A program made the position numbers and the translations under genes. A stretch of 45,744 nucleotides of DNA, taken from NCBI GenBank assembly GCA_003557585.1, contig PWOE01000113.1:1-45744 (forward strand), written 5' to 3'. Source of the DNA: Candidatus Nealsonbacteria bacterium. Lineage in GTDB: Bacteria; Patescibacteriota; Minisyncoccia; Minisyncoccales; CSSED10-335. Below, piece by piece: positions 28,062 through 38,038 of this stretch (positions within the stretch are counted from its first letter, which is position 1; every line of letters begins with the position of its first letter). The notes beneath the pieces are model-generated. The model did not search any database. It was not told where the DNA came from and saw nothing but the letters and a program-made list of their open reading frames with translations.

Positions 28062-28808
28062 TTAAAACGTTGCTGTTAAAATCTCTGTTCCAGAGCTTGT
28101 AATAGCTACTGTGTGTTCAAACTGAGCTGATAATGATCCGTCCGCTGTCTTATATGTAAAACCGTCCTCTGACTTCTTTGCTTCCGCTGAACCATTGCCT
28201 ATTATCGGTTCAATGCAGAAGACCATTCCTTCTCTTATCTTTGGCCCAGACTTCTTTTTACCAAAGTTTAATATTTGAGGATCTTCATGAACCTCTTTAC
28301 CTATGCCATGACCGCAAAAGTTCTTGATTACAGTGAATCCTTGAGACTCGGTATGTCTTTGAATTGCTTCACTGATATCTCCAAAAGTTTTACCTGCTTG
28401 AGCTTTCTTGATGCCTCTCTTGAGAGCCTTCTTGGCAGCTCTTATGAGTCTTGCTCTCTCTAAATCTATCTTACCTACACCAAGAGTCACTGCCATGTCT
28501 GTATGATATCCATTATACAAGAGACCTATATCTAAAGATATCATCTCTCCTTCTCTTAAAACTCTGTTTGATGGTAGTCCATGAACAATCTCATCATCTA
28601 TAGAAGTGCAAAGAGATGCCGGGAATCCTTGGTATCCTTTGAAAGATGGTTTACCAAATTTAAAAAGCAGACTCTCAGCAAGTCTGTTTAAATCATTGGT
28701 AGTTATTCCTGGAGAGACTTTTTCTTGTAGCTGAGATATTATCTCCGACAAGATTTTCCCACCCTCTTTCATTGTCTCAATCTCTTTGGGTGATTTAAGA
28801 TGTATCAT
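28062..28808 (-). CDS. map: Methionine aminopeptidase type I
   Basis: VHGLP, SLDIG, HTDMA, GHGIG..VHEDP, IEP, QFEHT. Confidence 0.98.
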   Translation of the reverse strand: MIHLKSPKEIETMKEGGKILSEIISQLQEKVSPGITTNDLNRLAESLLFKFGKPSFKGYQGFPASLCTSIDDEIVHGLPSNRVLREGEMISLDIGLLYNGYHTDMAVTLGVGKIDLERARLIRAAKKALKRGIKKAQAGKTFGDISEAIQRHTESQGFTVIKNFCGHGIGKEVHEDPQILNFGKKKSGPKIREGMVFCIEPIIGNGSAEAKKSEDGFTYKTADGSLSAQFEHTVAITSSGTEILTATF

Positions 28809-29473
28809 TATTTTTTTAACTTCTTGAGAATATCTTTAAAGACATCGTCTATCGATTGATTGCCATCTATTTCAAAGAAATTCTTCTTTTTTTGATAAAA
28901 TCTTACTGTTGGCATAACTTCTCTCTTGTACCATCCCCACCTTAAATTGATTGCTTCAACAGTGTCGTCTTTTCTTGCTACCAAAACTCCTCCACACTTA
29001 GAACATTCTGAAAGACTTTCTTTAACTAAAGATCCTTCTCCGCAACTTTTGCAAATTCTTCTTTTGGCGAGCCTCTCTATCGCTTCTTTTTTAGAAATCT
29101 TAATGAAAAATATTTTAGTCTCTTTATACCAGCTGTACCAATTAAGTGCCTCCTCCATCATCTTTGCTTCAAAAATTGTTCGTGGGCTACCATCAACAAC
29201 CAATCCCTTGAATATTCCTTTTCTTTTAATCTTCTCAAACTCTTCCATCCAGATCTTAAAAACAACAGGCGTAGGAACTCTTTCGCCGCGATGTATAACA
29301 TCTCCTATCTTCTTGCCAGTATAATCATTTTTACTAGCCCGAGCCCTCAATAGCTTGCCGCTACCGATATAATCTAAGTCAAACTTTTCTTGAATCATTC
29401 TCGCTTGAGTTCCTTTTCCTGACCCAGGTGGACCAAGCAAAATAACAACAAAATTTTTTTTAGAAGGTTTCAT
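28808..29473 (-). CDS. adk: Adenylate kinase
   Basis: GPPGSGKGTQA, DGSPR, Cys4 LID domain, RKDD. Confidence 0.95.
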   Translation of the reverse strand: MKPSKKNFVVILLGPPGSGKGTQARMIQEKFDLDYIGSGKLLRARASKNDYTGKKIGDVIHRGERVPTPVVFKIWMEEFEKIKRKGIFKGLVVDGSPRTIFEAKMMEEALNWYSWYKETKIFFIKISKKEAIERLAKRRICKSCGEGSLVKESLSECSKCGGVLVARKDDTVEAINLRWGWYKREVMPTVRFYQKKKNFFEIDGNQSIDDVFKDILKKLKK

Positions 29474-30758
29474 ACTCCCTCATTTGAAGTTGAGAATTTA
29501 TCTGCTTTATTGTTTCTAAAACAACACTGACAATAATTAAGACAGAGGCTCCTCCAATCAAAAATTGAAAATCTTCTATCTGAATTTGGGTTATCACTTC
29601 AATTAGCCATCTTATAATCCAAGGCATTATAGCGACAATTCCCAGAAAGAGACCTCCCAAAAACAAGGTTCTGTTTAATATATGCCCCAAGAACTTAGCT
29701 GTTGGCTCGCCCGGCCTAATCCCCGGGACAAAACCACCCATCTTTTTAAGGTTGTCTGCCACATTCTTGGGGTCAAATGTAATTGCAGTATAAAAATAAG
29801 TAAAGGCAAAGACCAAAATGAATGTTAAAGCTCCGAAAACCAGTAAACTATCGAGGGTATTGGCTATAAAACCGGCAACACTACCTAAGAAGCCACCAAT
29901 TCTAGACATAAATTGAGCTAATATCGATGGCAAAGAGACGAGAGAAAATGCAAAGATTATCGGAATAACTCCAGCTGGATTGAGGTTTAATGGAAGATAT
30001 GTAGAGGATCCGCCATAAAGCTTCATGCCTCTTACTCTTTTAGCATATGAAATTGGAATATTCCTTCTAGCTTCAGTGAAAAGAATCACTCCGAAGATAA
30101 TTGAGGCTGCCATCAGAAAAAGAAGAACATATGCTTGTATGGCACCTGGATAATCTCTGATGCTAGCAATCATATTGAAGGTATTAATGGGAAAGTCAGC
30201 GATAATTCCAGCAAAAATTAAGAGAGATACTCCATTACCTATTCCTTTTTCTGTAATTAATTCACCTAACCACATCAAAAATACAGTTCCTGCAGTGATT
30301 GTAGCCAGAGCGTTAATTGTTGCCATTAAATCTAATGGCTCAATCACTCCTTGCCCTTGAAAAAGAGCCAGCATTCCATATCCCTGAAGAAGGGCAAAAG
30401 GAATTGTTAAAAGTCTGCCATACTGATTTATCTTTTGCCTGCCAGCATCTCCTTCTTCTTTTTGAAGTTGCTCTAGTGCAGGGAAAACCATAGTTAAAAG
30501 CTGCATAATAATGACAGCTGTGATGTATGGTCCAAGTCCAAGCATAACGATAGAAAATCTATCAAGTGCTCCACCGGTAAAGGCACTCGCAAATTGAAAG
30601 ATTCCGAAATCTTGAAAAAATGCCTGCATACCTTCGGTATTGATGCCCGGCATCGGAATGTTCGCCATTAATCGAAAAACTACAAAGACGCCTAAAACAA
30701 AGAGTATCTTGTTTCTTAGCTCTTTGATTTTAAATATTTGGATAAGCTTTTCTATCAT
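29460..30758 (-). CDS. secY: Preprotein translocase subunit SecY
   Basis: LGLGPYITA, WLGELITEKGIGNGVSLLIF, GVIPIIFA, PGIRPG. Confidence 0.99.
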   Translation of the reverse strand: MIEKLIQIFKIKELRNKILFVLGVFVVFRLMANIPMPGINTEGMQAFFQDFGIFQFASAFTGGALDRFSIVMLGLGPYITAVIIMQLLTMVFPALEQLQKEEGDAGRQKINQYGRLLTIPFALLQGYGMLALFQGQGVIEPLDLMATINALATITAGTVFLMWLGELITEKGIGNGVSLLIFAGIIADFPINTFNMIASIRDYPGAIQAYVLLFLMAASIIFGVILFTEARRNIPISYAKRVRGMKLYGGSSTYLPLNLNPAGVIPIIFAFSLVSLPSILAQFMSRIGGFLGSVAGFIANTLDSLLVFGALTFILVFAFTYFYTAITFDPKNVADNLKKMGGFVPGIRPGEPTAKFLGHILNRTLFLGGLFLGIVAIMPWIIRWLIEVITQIQIEDFQFLIGGASVLIIVSVVLETIKQINSQLQMREYETF

Positions 30759-31186
30759 TATAGCATAGAGCCTTTAGCTTTCTCTATCTTGTTCTTGGCT
30801 GCTTCGGAGAGAAGGCAATCTTTTATCTTTAATGATTTATTAATTTCTCCCTTGCCAAGTATCTTAACCTCTGGCTTTTTCCCTGAAGCTCTGCGAATCA
30901 TCTTTTTTTCAAGCAATGTCTCGGGAGAAACAACTTCATTTTCTTTGAAGTTGTCGTTTATATCTTTCAAGTTAACGATTGCAATTCCCTTGTCCTTGGA
31001 ATTGAAATTATAACCTCTAAGCTTATGATATTTCTTAATAATACCTCTAATTGGTGGTTCTAGCTTTCTTCCAGCTCTCGCTTTCTGTCCTTTAACTCCT
31101 CTGCCAGAATAGGTGCCTCTTTTGCCACCTCGACCAACAATCTTTTTTTTAGCTTTTTTAGATGATTTAACTTGATGAATCTGCAT
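30758..31186 (-). CDS. rplO: 50S ribosomal protein uL15
   Basis: VGRGG..GTYSGRG.KGQKAR, VKILGKG. Confidence 0.97.
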   Translation of the reverse strand: MQIHQVKSSKKAKKKIVGRGGKRGTYSGRGVKGQKARAGRKLEPPIRGIIKKYHKLRGYNFNSKDKGIAIVNLKDINDNFKENEVVSPETLLEKKMIRRASGKKPEVKILGKGEINKSLKIKDCLLSEAAKNKIEKAKGSML

Positions 31187-31192
31187 AATCTT

Positions 31193-31687
31193 TTATTTAG
31201 AATTATCTGATACGCTCTCCTCTGGAAGCTTTAATTTCTTTAAGGCCTCTATGGTCGCCTTGGCATTATTAAGCTTGTTATTTGTTCTGCTAACTATTTT
31301 AGCTGATATATTTTTGATTCCAGCTAAGTCGCATATAATTCTCACTGTTCCTCCGGCTACAAGACCTCGTCCCTTTTTCTGGGGCCTTAAAAGAACTTGA
31401 GCCGCACCATACTTGGCTTCAATTTGATGCGGAATAGTGTCATCAATTATAGGAACTTTAATTAATTCTTTTTTAGCGAGATTTGTTGCCTTGTTTATCG
31501 CCTCACTGACATCGCTTGACTTGGCGACTCTAACTCCAACTCTTCCTTTTCTGTCGCCAACGACAACAACGGCTTGGAAACGAAGCCTTCTCCCTCCAGC
31601 GGTCATCCTTTCAACCCTTGAAAGACCTAGAAGTTTTGAGTCAAATTCTTGGTCTTTTTTCTTTTTGAAATCTTTTTTCGCAATCAT
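31193..31687 (-). CDS. rpsE: 30S ribosomal protein uS5
   Basis: GGRRLRF..VVVVGD, TIPH, GLVAGG. Confidence 0.98.
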   Translation of the reverse strand: MIAKKDFKKKKDQEFDSKLLGLSRVERMTAGGRRLRFQAVVVVGDRKGRVGVRVAKSSDVSEAINKATNLAKKELIKVPIIDDTIPHQIEAKYGAAQVLLRPQKKGRGLVAGGTVRIICDLAGIKNISAKIVSRTNNKLNNAKATIEALKKLKLPEESVSDNSK

Positions 31688-31691
31688 AAAA

Positions 31692-32027
31692 TTAAAACTT
31701 TAATCCTTCTTTTTTAGCTCCTTCAGCCAAGGCTTTAACTCTGCCATGATAAAGATAACCTCCTCTATCAAAGACAACTTCTTTTATCTTTTTTTCAAGG
31801 GCTTTTTGAGCAATTAATTTGCCAACTTCGTTGGACAAAGATATATTATCTTTTTTCTTTGTCTTAATCTCTCGACTATCAGCAGAGACTATTGTTTTCC
31901 CCTCTGTGTCATCTATTATCTGAGCATAGATGCCTTTGGCAGATCTAAAGACCGAAAGTCTTGGCTTCCTTTTGTCACCTGAAATTTTGGCTCTTATTCT
32001 TTTGTGTCGTCTTTCCCTGTTTGACAT
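31692..32027 (-). CDS. rplR: 50S ribosomal protein uL18
   Basis: [29 protein letters not shown] at 32027. Confidence 0.98.
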   Translation of the reverse strand: MSNRERRHKRIRAKISGDKRKPRLSVFRSAKGIYAQIIDDTEGKTIVSADSREIKTKKKDNISLSNEVGKLIAQKALEKKIKEVVFDRGGYLYHGRVKALAEGAKKEGLKF

Positions 32028-32031
32028 ATTT

Positions 32032-32577
32032 TTAAGCGTCAGATCCGGTTGCTTTCTTGCCAACCTTTCTTTTAACAATCTCGCCGACATATCTAATTCC
32101 CTTGCCCTTGTATGGTTCGGGTGGTCTTATCTTTCTTACCTTGGCAGCTGTCTGTGTCACTTTTTCCTTATCAATTCCAGAAAAAGTTATAATATTCTTT
32201 TCTATCGAAAAAGTTACCCCTTCTGGTTGATCAACTTTAACCGGATGAGAGAATCCTAAGCTTAAAATAAGAGTCTCTCCTTCCATAACTGCCTTGTAAC
32301 CAACTCCTTCAATCTGAATCTTCTTTTCAAATCCCTCTGAAACTCCTGAAACCATGTTATTAATAAGGGCTCTGGTTAATCCCCAATATGCTTTGCTTTT
32401 CTTGGTCTCTTTGCAAGGGGAAACTGTAATCTCGTCATCCTTTATTTCAACATCGATCTCTGGTCTAATCTCTCTTTTCAGCTCACCCTTAGGACCTTTA
32501 ATTGAAACAATCCTGTTTTGCATCTCTGCAGTTACTCCTTGAGGCATTTGTATCGGTTTTTTCCCTATTCTAGACAT
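32032..32577 (-). CDS. rplF: 50S ribosomal protein uL6
   Basis: [29 protein letters not shown] at 32577. Confidence 0.99.
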   Translation of the reverse strand: MSRIGKKPIQMPQGVTAEMQNRIVSIKGPKGELKREIRPEIDVEIKDDEITVSPCKETKKSKAYWGLTRALINNMVSGVSEGFEKKIQIEGVGYKAVMEGETLILSLGFSHPVKVDQPEGVTFSIEKNIITFSGIDKEKVTQTAAKVRKIRPPEPYKGKGIRYVGEIVKRKVGKKATGSDA

Positions 32578-32581
32578 ATTT

Positions 32582-32971
32582 TTACCAAATTTGAAATAAT
32601 ATTTCGCCTCCATTCTTCTTGAACCTAGCCTCTTTGTCACTCATTATTCCTTTAGAAGTTGATATCAAGGCCATGCCGGCACCGCTTCTCACTCTCTTGA
32701 TATCTGTTGCTTGAGAATAGATTCTTTGCCCGGGAGTTGAAACTCTTTTTATACCAGAGATAGCTGGTTCATTGTCATCATACTTTAATTCAATCTCAAT
32801 AATCTTGTTAGGTATCTTGCCCTTCTTTTCTAAACTCAAAATCCAGTTCTCTTTTTTAAGAGCCTTAGCAATCTCGTGCTTTAAAGAAGAATAAGGAATT
32901 TTAACTGTTTTCTTGGAAACAGCTTGGGCATTCTTTATTCTGTTTATCATATCTGCTATTGGATCGGTCAT
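32582..32971 (-). CDS. rpsH: 30S ribosomal protein uS8
   Basis: MTDPIADMINRIKNA, STSKG, GGEIL..IW. Confidence 0.99.
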   Translation of the reverse strand: MTDPIADMINRIKNAQAVSKKTVKIPYSSLKHEIAKALKKENWILSLEKKGKIPNKIIEIELKYDDNEPAISGIKRVSTPGQRIYSQATDIKRVRSGAGMALISTSKGIMSDKEARFKKNGGEILFQIW

Positions 32972-32980
32972 ATTTTTATA

Positions 32981-33166
32981 TTACCAACTTGATTTTCTAA
33001 TTCCGGGGATTAAACCTTCGTTGGCCATCTCTCTGAAACAGATTCTGCATAGACCAAAATCTCTAAGATAGCCTCTTTTTCTGCCGCACTTGAAACAGCG
33101 TCTCACTTCACGAGTGCTGAATTTCGGTTTCTTTTTTGACTTAGCGATTTGTGATTTCTTGGCCAT
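32981..33166 (-). CDS. rpsN: 30S ribosomal protein uS14 (zinc-binding, type Z)
   Basis: RCFKCGR...LCRICFRE...PG.RKSSW. Confidence 0.98.
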   Translation of the reverse strand: MAKKSQIAKSKKKPKFSTREVRRCFKCGRKRGYLRDFGLCRICFREMANEGLIPGIRKSSW

Positions 33167-33171
33167 AATCT

Positions 33172-33726
33172 TTAAGATTTAATCGGAAGACCTATTTTTT
33201 TTAATAAACTCAACCCTTCTTCCTTATTGCTTGCAGTTGTCTTTATCGTTATTTCAAAGCCAAATATATTTTTAAGTTTTTCGGCGGAAACTTCTGGAAA
33301 GATGATCTGCTCTTTTATGCCTAATGTATAGTTGCCTGCCTTATCAAATGATTTACTATCCAGCCCTTTGAAATCTCTCGACCTTGGCAAGGCAACATTA
33401 ATAAGGCTTTCTAGGAAATTATACATTCTATCTTTTCTTAGCGTCACCTTAACTCCCATGGGAACTCCCTCTCTAATTTTGAATGCTGCTATCGACTTTT
33501 TAGCTTTTGTTACCACTGGCTTTTGCCCGCAAATCAAAGATATCGCTTCACTAATCTCTTGAATAAACTTTCTTTGCTCGTCAGATCCCTTTGAAGAAAT
33601 CTCCTTACCAAAGCCGACGTTGACAACAACTTTTTCTATCTTGGGAACAGCCATAACGCTCTTATAGTTAAACTCTTTTTTCATGGCTGGAACAACTTCT
33701 TTCTTGTATTTGTCTTTCAATCTCAT
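33172..33726 (-). CDS. rplE: 50S ribosomal protein uL5
   Basis: [38 protein letters not shown]. Confidence 0.99.
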   Translation of the reverse strand: MRLKDKYKKEVVPAMKKEFNYKSVMAVPKIEKVVVNVGFGKEISSKGSDEQRKFIQEISEAISLICGQKPVVTKAKKSIAAFKIREGVPMGVKVTLRKDRMYNFLESLINVALPRSRDFKGLDSKSFDKAGNYTLGIKEQIIFPEVSAEKLKNIFGFEITIKTTASNKEEGLSLLKKIGLPIKS

Positions 33727-33731
33727 CTTGC

Positions 33732-34037
33732 TTATATCTCTTTATTACACTTTTTGCAAAATCTCTTTTTATTCTTATCGGTGACTTTATAGCCTACTTT
33801 GGCTGCTGTCATGCATTTAGGACAGACCAAGATTACGTTTGAAACGTGTAGTGGAGCAGGAAATTCAACAATTTGACCTTTTTCGCCACTCTTTTTCGGT
33901 CTAACGCTCTTTTTCTTGAGATTAACATTCTCTACGGCAATCTTGTTTTTATCGTTAAAAGCCTGAACAACTTTGCCTTTTTTGCCCTTGTCTTTACCGG
34001 TTGTCACAAGAATTGTATCGCCTTTTTTTATTTTCAT
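33732..34037 (-). CDS. rplX: 50S ribosomal protein uL24
   Basis: MKIKKGD.I.V..GKDKGK.G, PLHVSNV; ATG at 34037. Confidence 0.98.
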   Translation of the reverse strand: MKIKKGDTILVTTGKDKGKKGKVVQAFNDKNKIAVENVNLKKKSVRPKKSGEKGQIVEFPAPLHVSNVILVCPKCMTAAKVGYKVTDKNKKRFCKKCNKEI

Positions 34038-34086
34038 ATTTAATCTTTTCTTTAGCGGCTCTGGCATACTAACAAAGTTTGCCTCT

Positions 34087-34458
34087 TTAGACAAGTTCTC
34101 TCGCCATGCCTGCTACTTTGTCAAAACCTTTCTCTCTTAATTCTCTGGGAATCGGTCCAAATATTCTTCCACCCTTAGGGTTTTTGGTCTTGCCATCGAG
34201 AATAACCACTGTGTTTTCGTCAAACCTGATGTAAGAACCATCTTTTCTTCTGTAGGCTTTCTTTTGCCTAACCACAACCGCTCTTGTCACATCGTGCTTT
34301 TTAACAACTTTTCTCGGCTCAGCTTCTTTCACAGCAGTAACAATGATATCTCCTATCTGAGCATATCTTCTTCTGGTGCCCCCTAAAACTCTAAAGCACT
34401 GAACAAGCTTTGCCCCAGAATTATCAGCTACTTTTAGCATTGTTTGCGGTTGAATCAT
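34087..34458 (-). CDS. rplN: 50S ribosomal protein uL14
   Basis: MIQ...[26 protein letters not shown]. Confidence 0.99.
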   Translation of the reverse strand: MIQPQTMLKVADNSGAKLVQCFRVLGGTRRRYAQIGDIIVTAVKEAEPRKVVKKHDVTRAVVVRQKKAYRRKDGSYIRFDENTVVILDGKTKNPKGGRIFGPIPRELREKGFDKVAGMARELV

Positions 34459-34700
34459 TGTTCTTTATTCTCTTTGCTAATAATTTTCCATCTTTTGTCT
34501 TTGCTCAACGGTCTTGTCTCTTCGATTAAGACCTCTTCGCCAATCTTGCATTCATTCTTCTCGTCATGGGCCTTGTACCTCTTGTGAGATCTATATTTCT
34601 TTTTATATTTTGGGTCTTCTTTTAATGTCTCAACATTAACTACAATGGTCTTATCCATTTTATCTGAAACTACGACTCCTTTTAATTGGCGTTTTGGCAT
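34455..34700 (-). CDS. rpsQ: 30S ribosomal protein uS17
   Basis: [28 protein letters not shown]. Confidence 0.99.
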   Translation of the reverse strand: MPKRQLKGVVVSDKMDKTIVVNVETLKEDPKYKKKYRSHKRYKAHDEKNECKIGEEVLIEETRPLSKDKRWKIISKENKEQ

Positions 34701-34701
34701 C

Positions 34702-34890
34702 TTATTTTTTCTCTTCTTTTAATATGGTTAGTATCTTTGCAATCTCTTTCTTATTTTTAGATATCTGTTTAACATTCTTGATTTTACCTGCAGAGTTTCT
34801 GAAGTATAAATTTCTTAAATCCTCCCTTTTTTTATCAAGCAGCTCTAGCAGATCTTTTTCTGGTTTTTTTCTTATTTCTGAGATTTTCAT
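34702..34890 (-). CDS. rpmC: 50S ribosomal protein uL29
   Basis: 62 aa between rplP and rps[10 protein letters not shown]. Confidence 0.95.
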   Translation of the reverse strand: MKISEIRKKPEKDLLELLDKKREDLRNLYFRNSAGKIKNVKQISKNKKEIAKILTILKEEKK

Positions 34891-34892
34891 AA

Positions 34893-35303
34893 TTATCGCT
34901 TAATGAATTTAGTTTTAACTGGTAGCTTGTCAGAGGCCTTTCTTAAAGCGCTTCGAGCATCTTCTTCTTTTATTCCATCTATCTCAAAGAGAACCCTGCC
35001 TGGATTTACGGGAAAAACATAGTGATCAACTGATCCTTTACCTCCTCCCATAGGAACCTCATTGCCTTTACTTGTTACTGGCTTGTTGGGAAAGATTCTG
35101 ATCCATAGCTTACCACCCTTTCTTAGATATCTGACAATAGCTCGTCTAGAAGCCTCTATCTGTCGTGAAGTTATCCATTTAGATCCTTTGCTTTGTAAGC
35201 CGAAGGAACCAAAAGAAAGCTCATTTCCACGCATCGCAACCGATCTATCTTTGCCTTTGTGAGATTTTCTGTGTTTTACTTTTTTCGGTATTAATAAAGA
35301 CAT
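34893..35303 (-). CDS. rplP: 50S ribosomal protein uL16
   Basis: RQIEASR, WIRIFP, MGGGKG, KLPVKT. Confidence 0.99.
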   Translation of the reverse strand: MSLLIPKKVKHRKSHKGKDRSVAMRGNELSFGSFGLQSKGSKWITSRQIEASRRAIVRYLRKGGKLWIRIFPNKPVTSKGNEVPMGGGKGSVDHYVFPVNPGRVLFEIDGIKEEDARSALRKASDKLPVKTKFIKR

Positions 35304-35304
35304 C

Positions 35305-35958
35305 TTATTGGTTGAACTTATCTCCTTTGTATATCCAGACCTTTATACCGATTGCGCCATAAGAACATCTGGCAATTCCTTTGCTGTAATCTATGTCTGC
35401 TCTTATTGTCTGCCTGGGCAATCTTCCTTTTTTAGTCCATTCTTTTCTGGCAATCTCCACCCCATCCAATCTTCCTGAGAGCTCCACTCTAGCGCCAATA
35501 ACCTCCTTGTTAAGCATAACCTTCTCTATAATCTGCTTTAGAACTCTTTTATAGGGAACTCTTCTCTCTAGTTGTTGAGCAATCCATTGCCTAGAGAGTG
35601 AAGCTGAAAGCCAAGGATTTCTAATCTCTTTAATTTCGATATTGATATCTCTCTTGTCTTCCTTGTCTTCTTTCTTAATAATCTTTACAACCTCTTTCTT
35701 TATCTTTTCAACCCCTTCACCTCCTCTACCGATAATCAGCCCTGGTCTTGAACTAAATATAATTATATTTAGCTTCTCAGTAAATCTTTCAATTTCAATC
35801 TTTTCAACTCCCATCTTGTCAAGTTTTTTGTTCAAGAAATCTCTCAATTTAAAATCTTCTTCTAGATATTTAGAAAAGTTCTTTTTGTAGAATCCCCTGG
35901 AATCCCAGTCATTCATTCTTCTCGCCCTGTATACTTTTGGATGTACCTTATGTGACAT
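35305..35958 (-). CDS. rpsC: 30S ribosomal protein uS3
   Basis: KVHP, RPGLIIGRGG, SGRLDG.EIAR, RADIDY, GIKVWI. Confidence 0.99.
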   Translation of the reverse strand: MSHKVHPKVYRARRMNDWDSRGFYKKNFSKYLEEDFKLRDFLNKKLDKMGVEKIEIERFTEKLNIIIFSSRPGLIIGRGGEGVEKIKKEVVKIIKKEDKEDKRDINIEIKEIRNPWLSASLSRQWIAQQLERRVPYKRVLKQIIEKVMLNKEVIGARVELSGRLDGVEIARKEWTKKGRLPRQTIRADIDYSKGIARCSYGAIGIKVWIYKGDKFNQ

Positions 35959-35965
35959 AATTTAT

Positions 35966-36496
35966 TTAAATTGATTTTCTTCTAAAAACTTGTGATTTTG
36001 TCTTCTTTTCCTTCGTCTCTTTAACTTTATCAACTTTCTTTGCTCTTGCTGACTTCTCTTTCTCTTTCTTTCCTAAGCGAGTGTCTTCTTTTATCTCTTC
36101 AAGAGAAGCAACTTTCTTGGTAACTACCTTGTCTTTCTTTTTCTTCTTGGTTTCCCCTTTTTTCTCTATCTGGTCTAAAACAAGCGTTATATGCGATGTC
36201 TTCTTCTCTATTCTCGAAGCAGATCCCCTAGCTCTTGGCCGCCATCTTTTTAATTTAGGCGCCTCATCAATTGTAATCTTGGAGATATAAAGATTCTTTT
36301 CATCCCAACCCAAGTCATTTTTAGCGCTAGTTAATCCTGACTTCAAAAGCTTTAGCAAAGGTCCTGCTGATTTGTTAACGGTGAAGCTCAAAAGAGATTT
36401 TGCTCTTTCTGCGCCCTCTCCCCTTATCATGTCAGCTACTAGGCGTACCTTTCGAGGAGCTATTCTTATGTGTCTTGTCTTAACAGTGACTGTCAT
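35966..36496 (-). CDS. rplV: 50S ribosomal protein uL22 with Lys/Glu-rich C-terminal extension
   Basis: RIAPRKVRLVADMIRG, PRARG, KKTSHITLVL. Confidence 0.98.
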   Translation of the reverse strand: MTVTVKTRHIRIAPRKVRLVADMIRGEGAERAKSLLSFTVNKSAGPLLKLLKSGLTSAKNDLGWDEKNLYISKITIDEAPKLKRWRPRARGSASRIEKKTSHITLVLDQIEKKGETKKKKKDKVVTKKVASLEEIKEDTRLGKKEKEKSARAKKVDKVKETKEKKTKSQVFRRKSI

Positions 36497-36509
36497 TTAT
36501 TTATCTTAT

Positions 36510-36800
36510 TTAACCTTTCTTTCTTTGATCTAATTCTTTTTGCATCTTACCACCATGCCTAACGAACTTTGTTGTCGGTGAAAACTCTCCTAATTTATGA
36601 CCGACCATATTTTCACTTACCTGAACTGGAATATGCTCTTTGCCATTATGAACACCAAAGGTGAAGCCTATCATTTCTGGAGTTATTGTTGAATTTCGGG
36701 CCCATGTCTTGATAGTTGTTTCGTCGCTTGGTTTCTTCCCTTTTATCTTTTTCAAAAGCTTTTCATCGACATAGGGTCCTTTTTTTAAACTTCTTGCCAT
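36510..36800 (-). CDS. rpsS: 30S ribosomal protein uS19
   Basis: [25 protein letters not shown]. Confidence 0.99.
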   Translation of the reverse strand: MARSLKKGPYVDEKLLKKIKGKKPSDETTIKTWARNSTITPEMIGFTFGVHNGKEHIPVQVSENMVGHKLGEFSPTTKFVRHGGKMQKELDQRKKG

Positions 36801-36814
36801 ATTATTTAATCAAT

Positions 36815-37597
36815 TTATCTTCTTTTTTTTCTTCTTCTTTTAATAATCATCCTGTTGGTGTTTTTTCTCTTTCTTGTCTTGACCCCTCGCGCAATCTTGC
36901 CCCAAGGAGTTTTAGGATGCTTCAAACCGATTGGAGCCTTGCCTTCTCCTCCTCCGTGTGGATGGTCAACTGGATTCATCGCTGAGCCCCTAACTGTTGG
37001 CCTTCTCCCCATTCTTCTTGCAGTTCCAGCATTCTTAATCTTCTTGTATCTATGTTCGGGATTTGAAACTGAACCGACAGAAGCAAAGCAGTTCTTGTGA
37101 ATCTTTCTTACCTCTTTTGAAGGCATTTCCAGTGTAACATATTTGCCCTCTAAAGATAGAACTTTGGCTGAAGAGCCGGCAGATCTCACAAGGCCACCTC
37201 TTCTTTCTGGCTCAATTTGAATATTGTAAACTTCGGTGCCAACTGGAATATGCTTTATTCTCATTCTGTTGCCTGGCTTTATTTATGCTTTCTCTGAAGC
37301 AACCACCTGGTCATCTTCTTTGACTCCTTGCGGAGCAAGGATATAGCTTTTCTTGCCATCTGGATACTCGACTAAGGCGATATATGCTGTGCGATATGGG
37401 TCATACTCGAAATGAATAATCTTAGCTGGTTCATCTAATCTATTTCTGCTGAAATCAACCAGTCGATACTTTCTTTTAGCTCCGCCTCCTTTATGCCTAA
37501 CCGTAATCCTGCCTGAGCTTCCTCGCCCAGCATTTCTTTTTAAGCTAACAAGTAGCTTTTTTTGCGGCTTCTTTTTTGATAATGTTTGTTTAGCCAT
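36815..37597 (-). pseudogene. rplB: 50S ribosomal protein uL2 interrupted by one in-frame TAA (37283-37285): sequence error, split gene or readthrough
   Basis: ORFs 37283..37597 ([18 protein letters not shown]) and 36815..37264 (VRGSAMNPVDHPHGGGEG) are in the same frame: ASEKA*IKPGNRMRIKHIPVG. Confidence 0.9.
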
Positions 37598-37609
37598 GAT
37601 TAATCGTCT

Positions 37610-37639
37610 ATTTTAAGCATAAAAACGGGAAATAGTCAA
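37610..37639 (-). promoter_or_regulatory. Putative internal promoter before rplB
   Basis: TTGACT-18-TAAAAT, 12 nt before the ATG, within a 48-nt gap. Confidence 0.45.
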
Positions 37640-37645
37640 AAAAAG

Positions 37646-38032
37646 CTAGCTTGGATAGACATCTATCTTTTCTCCTTTTTTAATTTCAACAATCGCTTTC
37701 TTGAATCCCTTTTTCCATCCCTGATATCTTCCAAGTCTCTTTCTCTTCTTGGGAATATTTATAATATTAACATTAACAACTTTTGTTTTGTAAATTTCTT
37801 CTACTGCCTTCTTAATCTCAGTCTTATTGGCTTCATCAGAGACAACAAATATATATTTATTCTCTTCGTTTAGTTTAGTTGCTTTCTCGCTAATGTATGG
37901 ATACTTAAGTTGTCGCCAAGCCATTAACGACTTTCCCTTTGCCTTTTTAGGTGAAACATTTAAAGGCTCGCTCTTCTTGGGAGCTTCCTTTTTCTTCGCC
38001 TCTTCCTTTTTTTTGAAAATATTTATTGCCAT
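37646..38032 (-). CDS. rplW: 50S ribosomal protein uL23 with N-terminal extension
   Basis: PYISEKA, ANKTEIKKAVE, KKAIV. Confidence 0.97.
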   Translation of the reverse strand: MAINIFKKKEEAKKKEAPKKSEPLNVSPKKAKGKSLMAWRQLKYPYISEKATKLNEENKYIFVVSDEANKTEIKKAVEEIYKTKVVNVNIINIPKKRKRLGRYQGWKKGFKKAIVEIKKGEKIDVYPS

Positions 38033-38038
38033 ATCTTA

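Noticed and set aside
34038..34086. 49-nt rplN-rplX spacer with a possible GGCA..UGCC stem
   Set aside because: The pairing is short and interrupted; cannot support an r-leader without alignments
37283..37285. Genome-wide stop-codon reassignment as the explanation for the rplB stop
   Set aside because: TAA, TAG and TGA all end genes at expected positions, and no other gene is interrupted
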